Source: an uncultured Dehalococcoidales bacterium (GTDB taxonomy: Bacteria > Chloroflexota > Dehalococcoidia > GIF9 > UBA5629). From it: a DNA stretch of 64,000 nt. Made by a program: the position numbers and the translations under genes. Below the pieces are notes generated by a model, which saw nothing but the letters and a program-made list of their open reading frames with translations, made no database searches and had not been told where the DNA came from. The stretch is from the NCBI GenBank assembly GCA_964554375.1, contig CAZKOL010000002.1:14476-78475 (forward strand), given 5' to 3'. Shown here piece after piece: positions 47,702-57,589 of the stretch (position 1 is the stretch's first letter; each line of letters begins with the position of its first letter).

Positions 47702-49198
47702 ATGACAACTTTTTACGATAGCCGAAGGCCGTATGACAATTATGATTCAACCACCCGGGAATGGGACGCCATTTTTATCGGCGGCGGAGCTTCAGGAAGG
47801 TTCGGTTCCTCGTACTTCCGCGCCATGGGCGGCAACCAGCTTACCATCGAGGCCGATAACCACCTGGGCGGCAAATGCTGCAAGAACGCCTGCGTGTTGC
47901 ATCACTATCTTTACGAGATAGCCGTTGAGTTGGACAAGGCGCGGATCTGGGATAAAAAAGAATACTGGCCCAAGTTCCCCAGGAAAAACGGGAAAGTCGA
48001 AATACTACCCGTCCTGAGAGATTACCATATCGGCCGCGAATATGTATTTGATTTCATGTTCCACCAGAGTAAAGAACAGCTTAAACTTCAGTTCATGTTA
48101 AACCAACGGGCCTCGGTGCTTGATCCTCATACTGTATCAGTACAGGGCAAGGGAGAGTTTAAGACAAAGAACATCATTGTAGCGGCTGGCGCCGGGCCCT
48201 CTGTTCCACCCGTGCCCGGCGCCAATCTTAAAGGCGTATATACCTATGCGGACTTTCTCGAGCTTGATTACGAGCCGAAAGATGTAGTGGTGGTAGGCGC
48301 TTCCAAGAGCGGGCTGCCCTGGGCATGTTTTTTCAACGCTGTCGGTTGTAACACTACCGTAGTCGAGATGATGCCCGCCCTCAGCCAGTTCCCCATTGAC
48401 GATGATGTGCGGGAATACACGCTACGCATGATGAAACTCAGGGGATTGCCGGTGCTGGACGAAACCACATTGGTCTCCATCAACGGTACCGGCTCGGTCA
48501 AGTCGGTGACGGTAAAGGGAAAAGACGGTGTAGAGAAGATGATTAAAGCTGACCTGGTCTACCTGGGAACAGGGTGCACACCTCGCTCGGATATAGTTAC
48601 GTCGATCGGGGTAAAGACGGGTCCTAAAAAAGAGATAATCATTGACAAGTATATGGCGACCAACACACCCGGGGTATACGCCTGCGGCGATATCACGGGA
48701 GGGGTCATGGAGATGTGGAAGGCCAGGCAGGGTGGCATGATGGCGGCCAAGAACATACTTGGCTCACCGGCTGAATTTGAGACTGATCTGTTTGCTGATA
48801 CGGTGCACACATTCTATGAGACTACCTGGGTCGGAATGACGGAGAAAGAGGCCAGGGAGAAGGTCGGGAAGGTCTTTGTGGTCAGGATGCCGATTCAGGG
48901 CTATAAGAACTGGCTGCCCCTGCCTCTGGCTGAGGGAACAATGGAGTATGCCCAACAGTGGCCGGACCTTTCCGGGTTCCAAAAGATTATCTACGATGCC
49001 AGGACCCGTAAGTTCCTGGGTGCTCAGCATGTTGGCTACGGGGGCAAGGACTCATTCCAGTACCTGCTTTACATGCTCAAGAAGGGCGCGACCATCGACG
49101 AGATAGCCAATCTGACTGAGCTCTTCATCAACCCGACGCATTATATCCAGCTTTCACGGTTGCGCTCGGGTATGGAGAATCTTGTAGACCTGGGTTAG
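47702..49198 (+). CDS. Homologue of 2-ketopropyl-CoM oxidoreductase/carboxylase (FAD disulfide oxidoreductase family)
   Basis: DAIFIGGG.SGRFGS.Y.RAMGG, GG.C..NAC..HH, QSKEQL, MEM.KAR, SGFQKI, HVGYG.KD.FQYL and ELF.NPTH.IQLSRLR match Xanthobacter 2-KPCC (XecC) as remembered. Confidence 0.85.
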   Translation: MTTFYDSRRPYDNYDSTTREWDAIFIGGGASGRFGSSYFRAMGGNQLTIEADNHLGGKCCKNACVLHHYLYEIAVELDKARIWDKKEYWPKFPRKNGKVEILPVLRDYHIGREYVFDFMFHQSKEQLKLQFMLNQRASVLDPHTVSVQGKGEFKTKNIIVAAGAGPSVPPVPGANLKGVYTYADFLELDYEPKDVVVVGASKSGLPWACFFNAVGCNTTVVEMMPALSQFPIDDDVREYTLRMMKLRGLPVLDETTLVSINGTGSVKSVTVKGKDGVEKMIKADLVYLGTGCTPRSDIVTSIGVKTGPKKEIIIDKYMATNTPGVYACGDITGGVMEMWKARQGGMMAAKNILGSPAEFETDLFADTVHTFYETTWVGMTEKEAREKVGKVFVVRMPIQGYKNWLPLPLAEGTMEYAQQWPDLSGFQKIIYDARTRKFLGAQHVGYGGKDSFQYLLYMLKKGATIDEIANLTELFINPTHYIQLSRLRSGMENLVDLG

Positions 49199-49224
49199 AG
49201 CCCGTACATATATACTGAATAAAT

Positions 49225-50052
49225 ATGAAGTTTAAAGAGTATACGGGGAAAATTGCCTTTATCGCGGGTGGATCGAGCGGCATAGGTCTGGCCTGTGCAG
49301 AATTGCTGGCCGCCAGGGGCGCCGAGGTGGTGATCTTCGCCCGGGGCCAGGAGCAACTTGACAGTGCGTTGCAGGAAATTGAACGGAACAGAGTATTTGA
49401 AAAACAGCGTTTCCTGGCTGTCCAGCTTGATGTATCACAACGCGCACAGGCTGAAAATCTGCTTAAAAAGACGGCTGTGGATTTCGGCAGCCCGGACATT
49501 CTCATAAATAGCGCCGGCACTTCGTATCCTCAGCGATTCGAAGATATATCCTATGCCAAATTCGATGAAATTGTTCGGGTAAATCTGAACGGGACCTGGA
49601 ACGTTGTTTCCATCCTGTTGCCTTATATGAAAGAGCGGGGTGGCGCTATTGTTAACGTGTCCTCAGTTGCCGGCTATATCGGGGTTTTCGGCATGACCGC
49701 TTACAGCGCGTCCAAATTCGCGGTGATTGGTTTCTCCGAGGCATTAAGGAGTGAATTGAAGCGGTTCAATATCACCGTCTCCGTGCTGTGCCCGCCGGAC
49801 GTTGATACTCCTATGCTTGCGAGAGCAGAAAAGATCAAGCCTGAGGAAACTAAGGCCATCTCAGCAACGGCCAGGGTCATGAAAGCGGAGGAGGTGGCAA
49901 AGGCGGTAATCGATGCTCTGGCAAAGGGGGGGTTCTTGATTCTGCCCAGCTCCAACGTCAGGTTCACATACAATATGAAAAGGCTGTTTCCCTGGCTGGT
50001 CGAGTCGATAACTGACAACCAGATAAGTAAGTTCCAGAAAAGGGCTGCCTGA
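49225..50052 (+). CDS. Short-chain dehydrogenase/reductase
   Basis: GGSSGIG, NSAG, VSS, YSASK, PPDVDT. Confidence 0.9.
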   Translation: MKFKEYTGKIAFIAGGSSGIGLACAELLAARGAEVVIFARGQEQLDSALQEIERNRVFEKQRFLAVQLDVSQRAQAENLLKKTAVDFGSPDILINSAGTSYPQRFEDISYAKFDEIVRVNLNGTWNVVSILLPYMKERGGAIVNVSSVAGYIGVFGMTAYSASKFAVIGFSEALRSELKRFNITVSVLCPPDVDTPMLARAEKIKPEETKAISATARVMKAEEVAKAVIDALAKGGFLILPSSNVRFTYNMKRLFPWLVESITDNQISKFQKRAA

Positions 50053-50122
50053 TCAGGTGGACGATTTAACTATGCTCTTATCCCCGCAGGTATAATATCT
50101 CCAGTCGTATTTTAATAATAAA

Positions 50123-51457
50123 TTATTCACCCAGTCGGATAATATTATCCGCTTTAATGCCGACAGTGCATCCGCGCGTATCAAATACCAGCTTCGAGTT
50201 CTTGATGATAGATTTCAGGTCATAACAACTGTGGTCGGCCGCTATCACCACGCAGTCGTAATAGCTCAATACTTTCTTTTCGAGCTTAATTGACCTGAGC
50301 CTGTGGTTTGCCTCTTTAATACTTGCTATATAGGGATCATGATAATGGACCGAGGCTTTCTTTTCGATAAGCAGGTCTATCACCCTCAGGGCGGGAGACT
50401 CCCTCAGATCCTCGATGTCTTTCTTGTAGGCCACGCCCAGAATGAGTATTTTAGCCCCCTTGACGCTTTTGCTACGGGTGTTGAGAGTATCCACAACCCG
50501 CTCCACAATGTATTCAGGCATTGTTTCATTTATTTCAGCAGACAGCTCGATGAACCTGGTGTGAAAAAAGTATTCCCTGGCCTTGCTCGCGAGGTAGTAT
50601 GGATCAAGTGGAATACAGTGTCCTCCTACACCGGGACCCGGGTAGAACGGCATGTAACCGAAAGGCTTGGTGGATGCGGCCTTGATAACCTCCCAGACGT
50701 TGATATTCATTTTTTCGCAAAGCTTGGCAAGTTCGTTTACCAGCGCGATATTAACGCTGCGGAATACGTTCTCGAAGACTTTGTCCATCTCGGCCACTTC
50801 CGGCGTGGAAACCTGGAGGACTTTGTCAGATACATGCTGGTACAGTGCAGCAGCGAGCTTGGTAGATGTGGGTTCCATGCCCCCGACAACTTTAGGGGTG
50901 TTCCGGATAGTAAATTTCCGGCTGCCCGGGTCGATGCGCTCGGGCGAGAAGGTCAGGAAATAGTCCACACCCACCTTCAGTCCGGTGGATTCCAGTATCG
51001 GTAGTACTATCTCCCGGGTGGTGCCGGGGTAGGTTGTGCTCTCCAGGATAACGAGATGTCCCAATCGCAAGAAACGGGCGATATCGTTGGTGGCACTGAC
51101 GATGTAAGTTAGATCGGGCTCCTTGGTCTTGGTCAGGGGAGTCGGTACACAAATAATGATGGCATCTACCCTGCGCAAGGCCGATTGACTGGTGGCAGCC
51201 TTTAACCTCCCGCTGGAAACAGCTTTTTTCAGCCGTGCTGATTCTATATCCAGCAGGTAAGATGTACCCCGGATAATCTTATTGACACGTCCCTTATCCG
51301 AGTCAATGCCGGTGACATTAAATCCTGCCTCTGCAAAGGCCAGCGCCAGGGGCAGTCCCACGTATCCCAATCCCACGATACATACATCGGCTGATTTATC
51401 ACGGATCCTGCTTTCCAGGTTTCTCAGGTCGTTCACGCTTAATTCTGGCCGCGCCAT
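50123..51457 (-). CDS. UDP-N-acetylhexosamine dehydrogenase (WecC/WbpA family)
   Basis: GLGYVG, CVPTP, ESTTYPG, SPERIDPG, GGHCIP, DLRESP. Confidence 0.9.
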   Translation of the reverse strand: MARPELSVNDLRNLESRIRDKSADVCIVGLGYVGLPLALAFAEAGFNVTGIDSDKGRVNKIIRGTSYLLDIESARLKKAVSSGRLKAATSQSALRRVDAIIICVPTPLTKTKEPDLTYIVSATNDIARFLRLGHLVILESTTYPGTTREIVLPILESTGLKVGVDYFLTFSPERIDPGSRKFTIRNTPKVVGGMEPTSTKLAAALYQHVSDKVLQVSTPEVAEMDKVFENVFRSVNIALVNELAKLCEKMNINVWEVIKAASTKPFGYMPFYPGPGVGGHCIPLDPYYLASKAREYFFHTRFIELSAEINETMPEYIVERVVDTLNTRSKSVKGAKILILGVAYKKDIEDLRESPALRVIDLLIEKKASVHYHDPYIASIKEANHRLRSIKLEKKVLSYYDCVVIAADHSCYDLKSIIKNSKLVFDTRGCTVGIKADNIIRLGE

Positions 51458-51604
51458 TTTACCCTCACATATGGTAATTCATTTACCATTCAATCAAATT
51501 ATGCATAGTTTAACCGTGAGGTGAAACCGTGTCAAAAGGGATTGAGAATTGAACCATATAATCACATAAATACCAGCTAGATTAACAATTTCAGGTTACC
51601 ATAA

Positions 51605-51632
51605 TTGACATATTCAGTTATTTGACTATAAT
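51605..51632 (+). promoter_or_regulatory. Consensus sigma70 promoter of the histidine kinase
   Basis: TTGACA-N16-TATAAT, 9 bp before the GTG at 51642. Confidence 0.7.
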
Positions 51633-51641
51633 GGAAGCTAA

Positions 51642-52880
51642 GTGAGTATGCAGCAGCAGAGTCAACCAAAAAACAAGTACTTGTACGTGCTTTCCGATAT
51701 ATCTGATATCGTAGCAAGTTCCCTATCCGACAAGGAGATACTGGACGGTGTCCTCTGGGAGCTTGGGAATGTGATCGATCTTGATGCCTGCTGGGTGCAG
51801 AAGTACAGTCCCGTCAATAAGACGCTGATGCTGGTAATACAGCACGGTTTACCCGATGAGATGATCAAGGAACTGGAAGTGGTCGAGGAGGGTACCGGCG
51901 TTATAGGAGCAGTTGTACAAACGCGCAAACCGCTTTTCTGTAACGATATTTCTGCTGATGCTAATTACCGATGGGAATCAGCCGCAGAAAATGGATACCT
52001 ATCGTTTATCGCGTGTCCGGTGATATCGGGAGGGCAGTTGTTGGGCCTTATCGCGGGGTCTTCCACCAGGACAGGGATTTTTACGGTTAACGAGCTTAAA
52101 CTGATGTCAGCCGTCAGCTCGAGCATTTCGGAAGTATGCGGCAGGGTTAAGTGCGGCCAGGAAGACAGCGAGGCTGCAAGCCAACAGGATGAGATCACGC
52201 ATACACACCTGTTTTTAAGTGCCCTGAGCCATGAATTGAAGACACCGCTTACCGCGATCATTGCTTCCACAGGCTTATTGATAGAGGAACTGGATAAAAA
52301 ACAGGAGACTGTATTGCTGAAGCTGGCGCAGAATATATCCCGCAGTGCGGCCAGCCTGCGGAACCGTCTCAATGAGTTGATTAGCCTGTCTAAAAATAAG
52401 GATGAGTCATACGGGATCGCAAAGAAGGACTTCGACTTCTCAATGCTGGCCGCTGAGGTCGCTGACCAGGTATTATCGCTGGCCAAAGAGAAGAAGCAGA
52501 CGCTCAATTTAGAGGTTGCCCCGTATATGAAAATCAATGCGGATGATCAGCGGATCGAGCAGGTGCTGTTGAACCTTTTATCAAATGCAATTAAGTTTAC
52601 CCCGGAAAACGGACAGATCTTTCTGAGGGCTGAAAAAGATGGGAACAGGCTGGTTGTCAACGTACAGGATACAGGGCCGGGCATAGCAAATGAAGAGAAA
52701 CGGAAACTATTTGTTCCATATTACCATCCGTCTACTGACAGGTCCGGCATACCCGGGTTAGGATTGGGGTTGGCTATCAGCAAGCAAATCGTAGAGTTAC
52801 ACGGCGGGGCAATTTGGGTTCAGAGCGAGGTTGGCAAGGGCAGCAATTTCTCTTTTTCGCTGCCGTTACATGAAAAATAA
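51642..52880 (+). CDS. GAF-domain sensor histidine kinase
   Basis: GAF domain, SHELKTPL H-box, [20 protein letters not shown]. Confidence 0.92.
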   Translation: MSMQQQSQPKNKYLYVLSDISDIVASSLSDKEILDGVLWELGNVIDLDACWVQKYSPVNKTLMLVIQHGLPDEMIKELEVVEEGTGVIGAVVQTRKPLFCNDISADANYRWESAAENGYLSFIACPVISGGQLLGLIAGSSTRTGIFTVNELKLMSAVSSSISEVCGRVKCGQEDSEAASQQDEITHTHLFLSALSHELKTPLTAIIASTGLLIEELDKKQETVLLKLAQNISRSAASLRNRLNELISLSKNKDESYGIAKKDFDFSMLAAEVADQVLSLAKEKKQTLNLEVAPYMKINADDQRIEQVLLNLLSNAIKFTPENGQIFLRAEKDGNRLVVNVQDTGPGIANEEKRKLFVPYYHPSTDRSGIPGLGLGLAISKQIVELHGGAIWVQSEVGKGSNFSFSLPLHEK

Positions 52881-52897
52881 CAGGGAGCTGCGGCTTT

Positions 52898-53644
52898 ATG
52901 CAGGAACCATTAAAAATACTACTTATAGAGGATAATGCCGATATCAGGGAGGTGACCTGCCTGATATTTGAGATGCACATGCCTGAGGCCACGGTCATTC
53001 AGGCGGTAAAGGGCGCTGATGGTCTGTCTTTGATGAAGTCTGAGAAGCCCGACCTGGTCATTCTTGACCTTGGACTTCCCGATATGGATGGTATGAAGGT
53101 GCTGAAGGAGATACGCGGCCACAGCGATATACCCATCATCATATTAACCATACGAGGTGATGAGACCGACAAGGTGAGGGGACTGGAGATGGGTGCTGAC
53201 GATTACATGGTCAAGCCTTTTAATCATAATGAGTTGCTTGCGCGTATCAGGGCTGTGCTGAGACACCGCCAGAAAAAGGTAGCCGATAAAAAGCAAGCGG
53301 TTACGGCTGGCAAGCCGGTTGAGGTTAAAACTATGCCGTTGGGGAAGAAAGTCAGGGTAGACGTATCCAAAGGGTTGGCGCATAAGAATGGAGGACAGAT
53401 TAAGCTAACTGCTACCGAGTTGAATTTGTTGAAGTGTCTTACTGCGCACGAGGGCAAGACCATGTCCGGGGAAGATATACTCATCAGGGTCTGGGGCATA
53501 GAGTATGCAGATTCTATATTGCACCTGCAGCAATATATACGTCACCTGCGTGAAAAATTAGAGGATAACCCGGACAACCCGGAGATTATCGTTGGAGCGG
53601 AGGACGGATATAAAGTTGCGCAAAATGCGATTGAATATATATGA
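52898..53644 (+). CDS. OmpR-family response regulator
   Basis: IEDN, LDLGLPDMDG, KPF, C-terminal wHTH (LREKLE). Confidence 0.92.
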   Translation: MQEPLKILLIEDNADIREVTCLIFEMHMPEATVIQAVKGADGLSLMKSEKPDLVILDLGLPDMDGMKVLKEIRGHSDIPIIILTIRGDETDKVRGLEMGADDYMVKPFNHNELLARIRAVLRHRQKKVADKKQAVTAGKPVEVKTMPLGKKVRVDVSKGLAHKNGGQIKLTATELNLLKCLTAHEGKTMSGEDILIRVWGIEYADSILHLQQYIRHLREKLEDNPDNPEIIVGAEDGYKVAQNAIEYI

Positions 53645-53683
53645 AGTTAAAAATAAAAATAATTAATTTATTCACGTGAGGGA

Positions 53684-55930
53684 ATGGTTATGAGTCAAAT
53701 TCTCTTTCTTTCAAGTGACCTTGTATTAAAAGAGAAGAATATCGAGATCCTGCAGCAGAGCGGACTTGACGCAATTGGAACGCAGGGATGCCTTGACGGG
53801 CTGATGATGATGGACAAGAACAACTTTGACGTCGTAGTGATTGACGACGAGCTGTCGGATGTAAGTGGTTATGAAGCGTGTCTCAAGGTCAGGCAGCAGC
53901 AGGGAGCCATGATCGTTCTTCTCGGGACTATCCCGGACTCGGATGCGTGGTCCCGGGTAGAGGAGTTGGGTTTCGATCTTTATTTGCGCAAACCTATCAG
54001 CCCCAGGGAGCTGCTGGCGCGTATTAAAGCTCTTTTGAGGCGGCCGGGCGCGGAAAAGGAGGCCGTTGACGCTACGGCCGTGAAGCCGGCATCCTCTCCT
54101 CAAGAAGATGTTACACAGGCAAAGGCTAAAGCGAAAGAAATGTATACTCAGACTGCAGCGCCACAACAGGCAGTGCCGGCTCCAGAGCGGATAATAATCA
54201 AGCCTCGACCCGAGCCACAGAGGTTTGAAGCTACCCCATAACAGCAGGCGCCACCGGTACAACAGCCATACGTACGACAACAGGAGGCGTCGATTCAGCA
54301 GCAGGTAAATGTACAGCCGCCGGTCCCGCCGGCTATGCCTTCAACCCCGCTCAGGCCATTACAGGAAGCACTGGAAAAGCCGGTTGTGATAGCTCCCAGG
54401 CAGGCAACCCCTCAAAGGCAGGAACAATCGCCTGTAATAGTGCCTCCGCTTGATCGCGACGCTAAAAAGCAGCCCACCGCGCCCTTTATTATCAATACTC
54501 AGGTACAGCAAGTGACTTCCGCGCCCAGAGTACAGGCGCAACCTGCACAGCAGGAGGCTGAGGGCGCCGTCCTCGAGGACCCGCGGGTTATCAAGCTCGT
54601 CGATGCGCTGGTGAGTGGCAAGCTTCCCGATATCAACCCTGTTGTCGATTTCGGCTATAAAAATGGGTATGCTTACCCGTCCGTTAGCAGCATGCTTGAC
54701 ACTTCCGAGGTTGAAACCATAAATATACTCGAGTCCCTTGCCAGTAGCGGAATACTGATTAGGGAAACGTATGAAAAATTCTATGTTGATCCTGATGGGC
54801 TATTTCAGCTTGTTCCTATCGAAAGGTGCCCCCGCTGTGACTCCTCCAACATAGTCAAAGGACAACTTGTGGAACATTTCTCCTGCGGATATGTAGGACT
54901 CGATAGGGATTTTAAACAGGAGAGCCGGTATGTTTGCCCCAAGTGCCGAAAGGATTTGAGATTGATCGGCACAGATTACCGCAATGTTGGCATACATTAC
55001 AGGTGCCAGGACTGTAGCGAGGTCTTTACCGTGCCGGTTGTGAAATGGCGCAATATGAAGACACGCAAAATATGGACCTCCGAAGAGCTGAAAGAAGTTG
55101 AGGCGTATTCATACCAGTTCAGCCCCGATAAGAAGGGCTGGCTGGAATTCCAGCTTAAACCTAAAACCCAGCTTGTAGATTTTCTCAAGCACCAGGGCTA
55201 CCAGGTTCACGAACTGGCGCAGCTTACGGGCCGCTCCGGTGCGGTGCATACCGTGGATGTGCTTGCCATCAGGGATGATATTATCACCAAGATCAATCTC
55301 GGCATAGGTATTCTCGTCGCCCCTTCGGGGGAACCCGAGGTGGGACTTGAGGCGCTTTTCAAGTTCGATACGCGGGCTTATGACATCGGCATAAACTATA
55401 AGGTGGTAATAGCTATTCCCAGGCTCGGGCAGGAGGCATTGAATTTCGCCGGCAGGCAGATGATCAGGGCTTTTGAAGCTAAAACTCTGGCAACCGTGGT
55501 TGCGGATATCACGCACCTTGACCGTTCGAGTATCGGTATGCAGAGCAGGGTTGAAGCTGGAGTAAACCATGCCGGGTCGGTCTCGGCCAATGCAAGGAGC
55601 CTCATTGTGGGGTTCCTACGCAACAGGGGTTATGAAGTGTACGAGCGAGCCCTGATTCTCGGCAAATCAGGTATCGAACATATTTTCGATATTTTTGCCA
55701 GGCGCGATGACAAAATCGTGGTACCCACGGTTGCCATAGGCATCGGCAGCGAAACGGGACAGACGGTTGGCCTGGATGAATTATCAAAGTTTGATGCTGC
55801 GGCCTTTGACGCGGGTATCCGCAATAAAGTATTCCTGGGACTGTCGGAGATAAGCATGCAGGCCAAGCAATTTGCCATGCAGCAAAAAATCGACATAATA
55901 GAGCAGCAGGACCTGCGCAAATTGACATGA
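53684..55930 (+). pseudogene. Receiver + Pro/Gln linker + TackOD1-like Zn domain + two Mrr-like domains, interrupted by one in-frame TAA at 54239-54241
   Basis: ORFs 53684-54241 and 54335-55930 share a frame with 31 sense codons between them; CPRC..EHFSCG..CPKC..CQDC; G.SG..H..D repeated twice. Confidence 0.7.
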
Positions 55931-55985
55931 TTGACGTTAGCAGGTTAACCGAAATACATTGTGCAGACTGGTTGATAACCGCTGA

Positions 55986-57518
55986 ATGCCGATGAAAAAT
56001 ATCGCAGTTTTTATCGTTGCGGCCCTTTTTCTGATACTGCTTATGGGCATATTTTATTTTATGCCCGCAGAATCAGTTTGGATAGCCCTCGGCGCACTCA
56101 TCGTCATCCTTGTATTCCATTTTCTATCAAGGCTGGTGAAAGGCAAACAGTCCAGGGAGTCAAAACCAAGCCCCTGGCAGAACCTCACTTCGTTGCTTGT
56201 AATATTTGCGATTATCTTCATAATTTTCGTGGCAACACTGTGGGATGTGGTTCCTTCTGCCCTGGTACATGTGCTCCTGGTTTCGTTGATATTCACCATG
56301 CTGATCAATTTCCTGACTGTGCCTCTGGCGATTTTCCACAAGTTGAGGGAGAAAAAGGAGATATTCCGGCCGAGCACCTATAAGCCGCGTGTCAGCATCA
56401 TTGTGCCTGCATACAACGAAGAGAAAGTGCTGGCGAGGACTCTGGAAGCTCTGCTCGAAGCTGAGTATGCCGATAAAGAGATTATAGTGGTCGACGACGG
56501 ATCCAAGGACAACACATATTCTGTGGCAAGTGAATTCAGCCGGCGTGGTGTTAAGGTGGTACGGCGTCTCAACGGCGGGAAATTCGCCGCGCTGAATACG
56601 GGCATCGCTGTTTCCTCTGGTGAAATAATAATGACTGTTGATGCCGACAGCATGGTGGCACGTGCTGCCATAACTGAGATGGTCAGGGGCTTTGAAGATC
56701 CCCAGGTGGGGGGTGTGGCGGGGAACCTGAAGGTGTTTAACCGCAATAACTTGTTGACCAAGCTTCAAGCTCTGGAATACATTGTCCAAATTCAGATCGT
56801 CAGGAGGGCGTTCGAGAATTTCGGTTCCCTGACTGTCGCCTCAGGTGCTTTCAGCGCTTTTCGCAAGTCAGCGCTCGAGGAGGCGGGATACTATGATCCC
56901 GATTACCTGCTCGAAGACTTCGACATGACCATTAAGATGCTTAAGTCGCACCAGATACTGCATGGCAGCAACGAGGCGATCTGTTACACAGAGGCCCCGG
57001 AAACCTTCCGAGATGTCTACCGGCAACGGCTGAGCTGGTTCCGCGGCGATTTTCAAAATTTCTGGAAACACAGGGATGCTTTCTTCAACCCCAGGTTTGG
57101 AATCATGAATAAGCTCACGTTTCCCTACATGCTTTTATCTATGACACTGGTGCCTTTTGCCAGCCTGGTTGTTGTGGTAACTTCGGTCATAATGCTCATC
57201 GACGGCGAATGGATGACCCTGGTGATGGCCTTTGCTCTCTTCGCTGTATTACAATTGCTCTTGTCCATACTTGCTATACTGGTGGCCGATGATGATCTCA
57301 AACTGGCGTTATATTCGCCGCTCTTCATTATCGGATATAAGCAGTTCTTGGATTTTACTATGATCAAGGCCATGATAGATATAATCGTGGCCGGTGGCAC
57401 ATACCTCAGGCGTGAGAGGGTCACCCGGATCGGGGACGTACCGCATGCCCAGTTACCTGCTCAGGCAGGTCCTGTGCTTGAACTGCCTGCTAAGTCCGTA
57501 AAAGGGGTGGGAAATTGA
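55986..57518 (+). CDS. GT2 processive glycosyltransferase (PgaC/IcaA-like)
   Basis: PAYNEE, DDGSKD, GGK..ALN, DAD, ED, QRLSW; flanking TMs. Confidence 0.88.
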   Translation: MPMKNIAVFIVAALFLILLMGIFYFMPAESVWIALGALIVILVFHFLSRLVKGKQSRESKPSPWQNLTSLLVIFAIIFIIFVATLWDVVPSALVHVLLVSLIFTMLINFLTVPLAIFHKLREKKEIFRPSTYKPRVSIIVPAYNEEKVLARTLEALLEAEYADKEIIVVDDGSKDNTYSVASEFSRRGVKVVRRLNGGKFAALNTGIAVSSGEIIMTVDADSMVARAAITEMVRGFEDPQVGGVAGNLKVFNRNNLLTKLQALEYIVQIQIVRRAFENFGSLTVASGAFSAFRKSALEEAGYYDPDYLLEDFDMTIKMLKSHQILHGSNEAICYTEAPETFRDVYRQRLSWFRGDFQNFWKHRDAFFNPRFGIMNKLTFPYMLLSMTLVPFASLVVVVTSVIMLIDGEWMTLVMAFALFAVLQLLLSILAILVADDDLKLALYSPLFIIGYKQFLDFTMIKAMIDIIVAGGTYLRRERVTRIGDVPHAQLPAQAGPVLELPAKSVKGVGN

Positions 57519-57589
57519 TTATATCCCCGTTTCAATATATCTCAGCTTAAAGCCTGGCAACGCGTGAATAACAGGGAAAGAAACAATTA

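Noticed and set aside
47702-49198. Dihydrolipoamide dehydrogenase or mercuric reductase
   Set aside because: Lacks the HPTxxE motif and the C-terminal CC; carries 2-KPCC-specific segments
49225-50052. SDR as hydroxypropyl-CoM dehydrogenase (XecD/XecE)
   Set aside because: Position is suggestive, but the sequence looks like a generic SDR and sulfonate-binding residues could not be identified
54239-54241. Selenocysteine or pyrrolysine recoding
   Set aside because: The stop is TAA in a low-complexity linker, not TGA or TAG at a catalytic site
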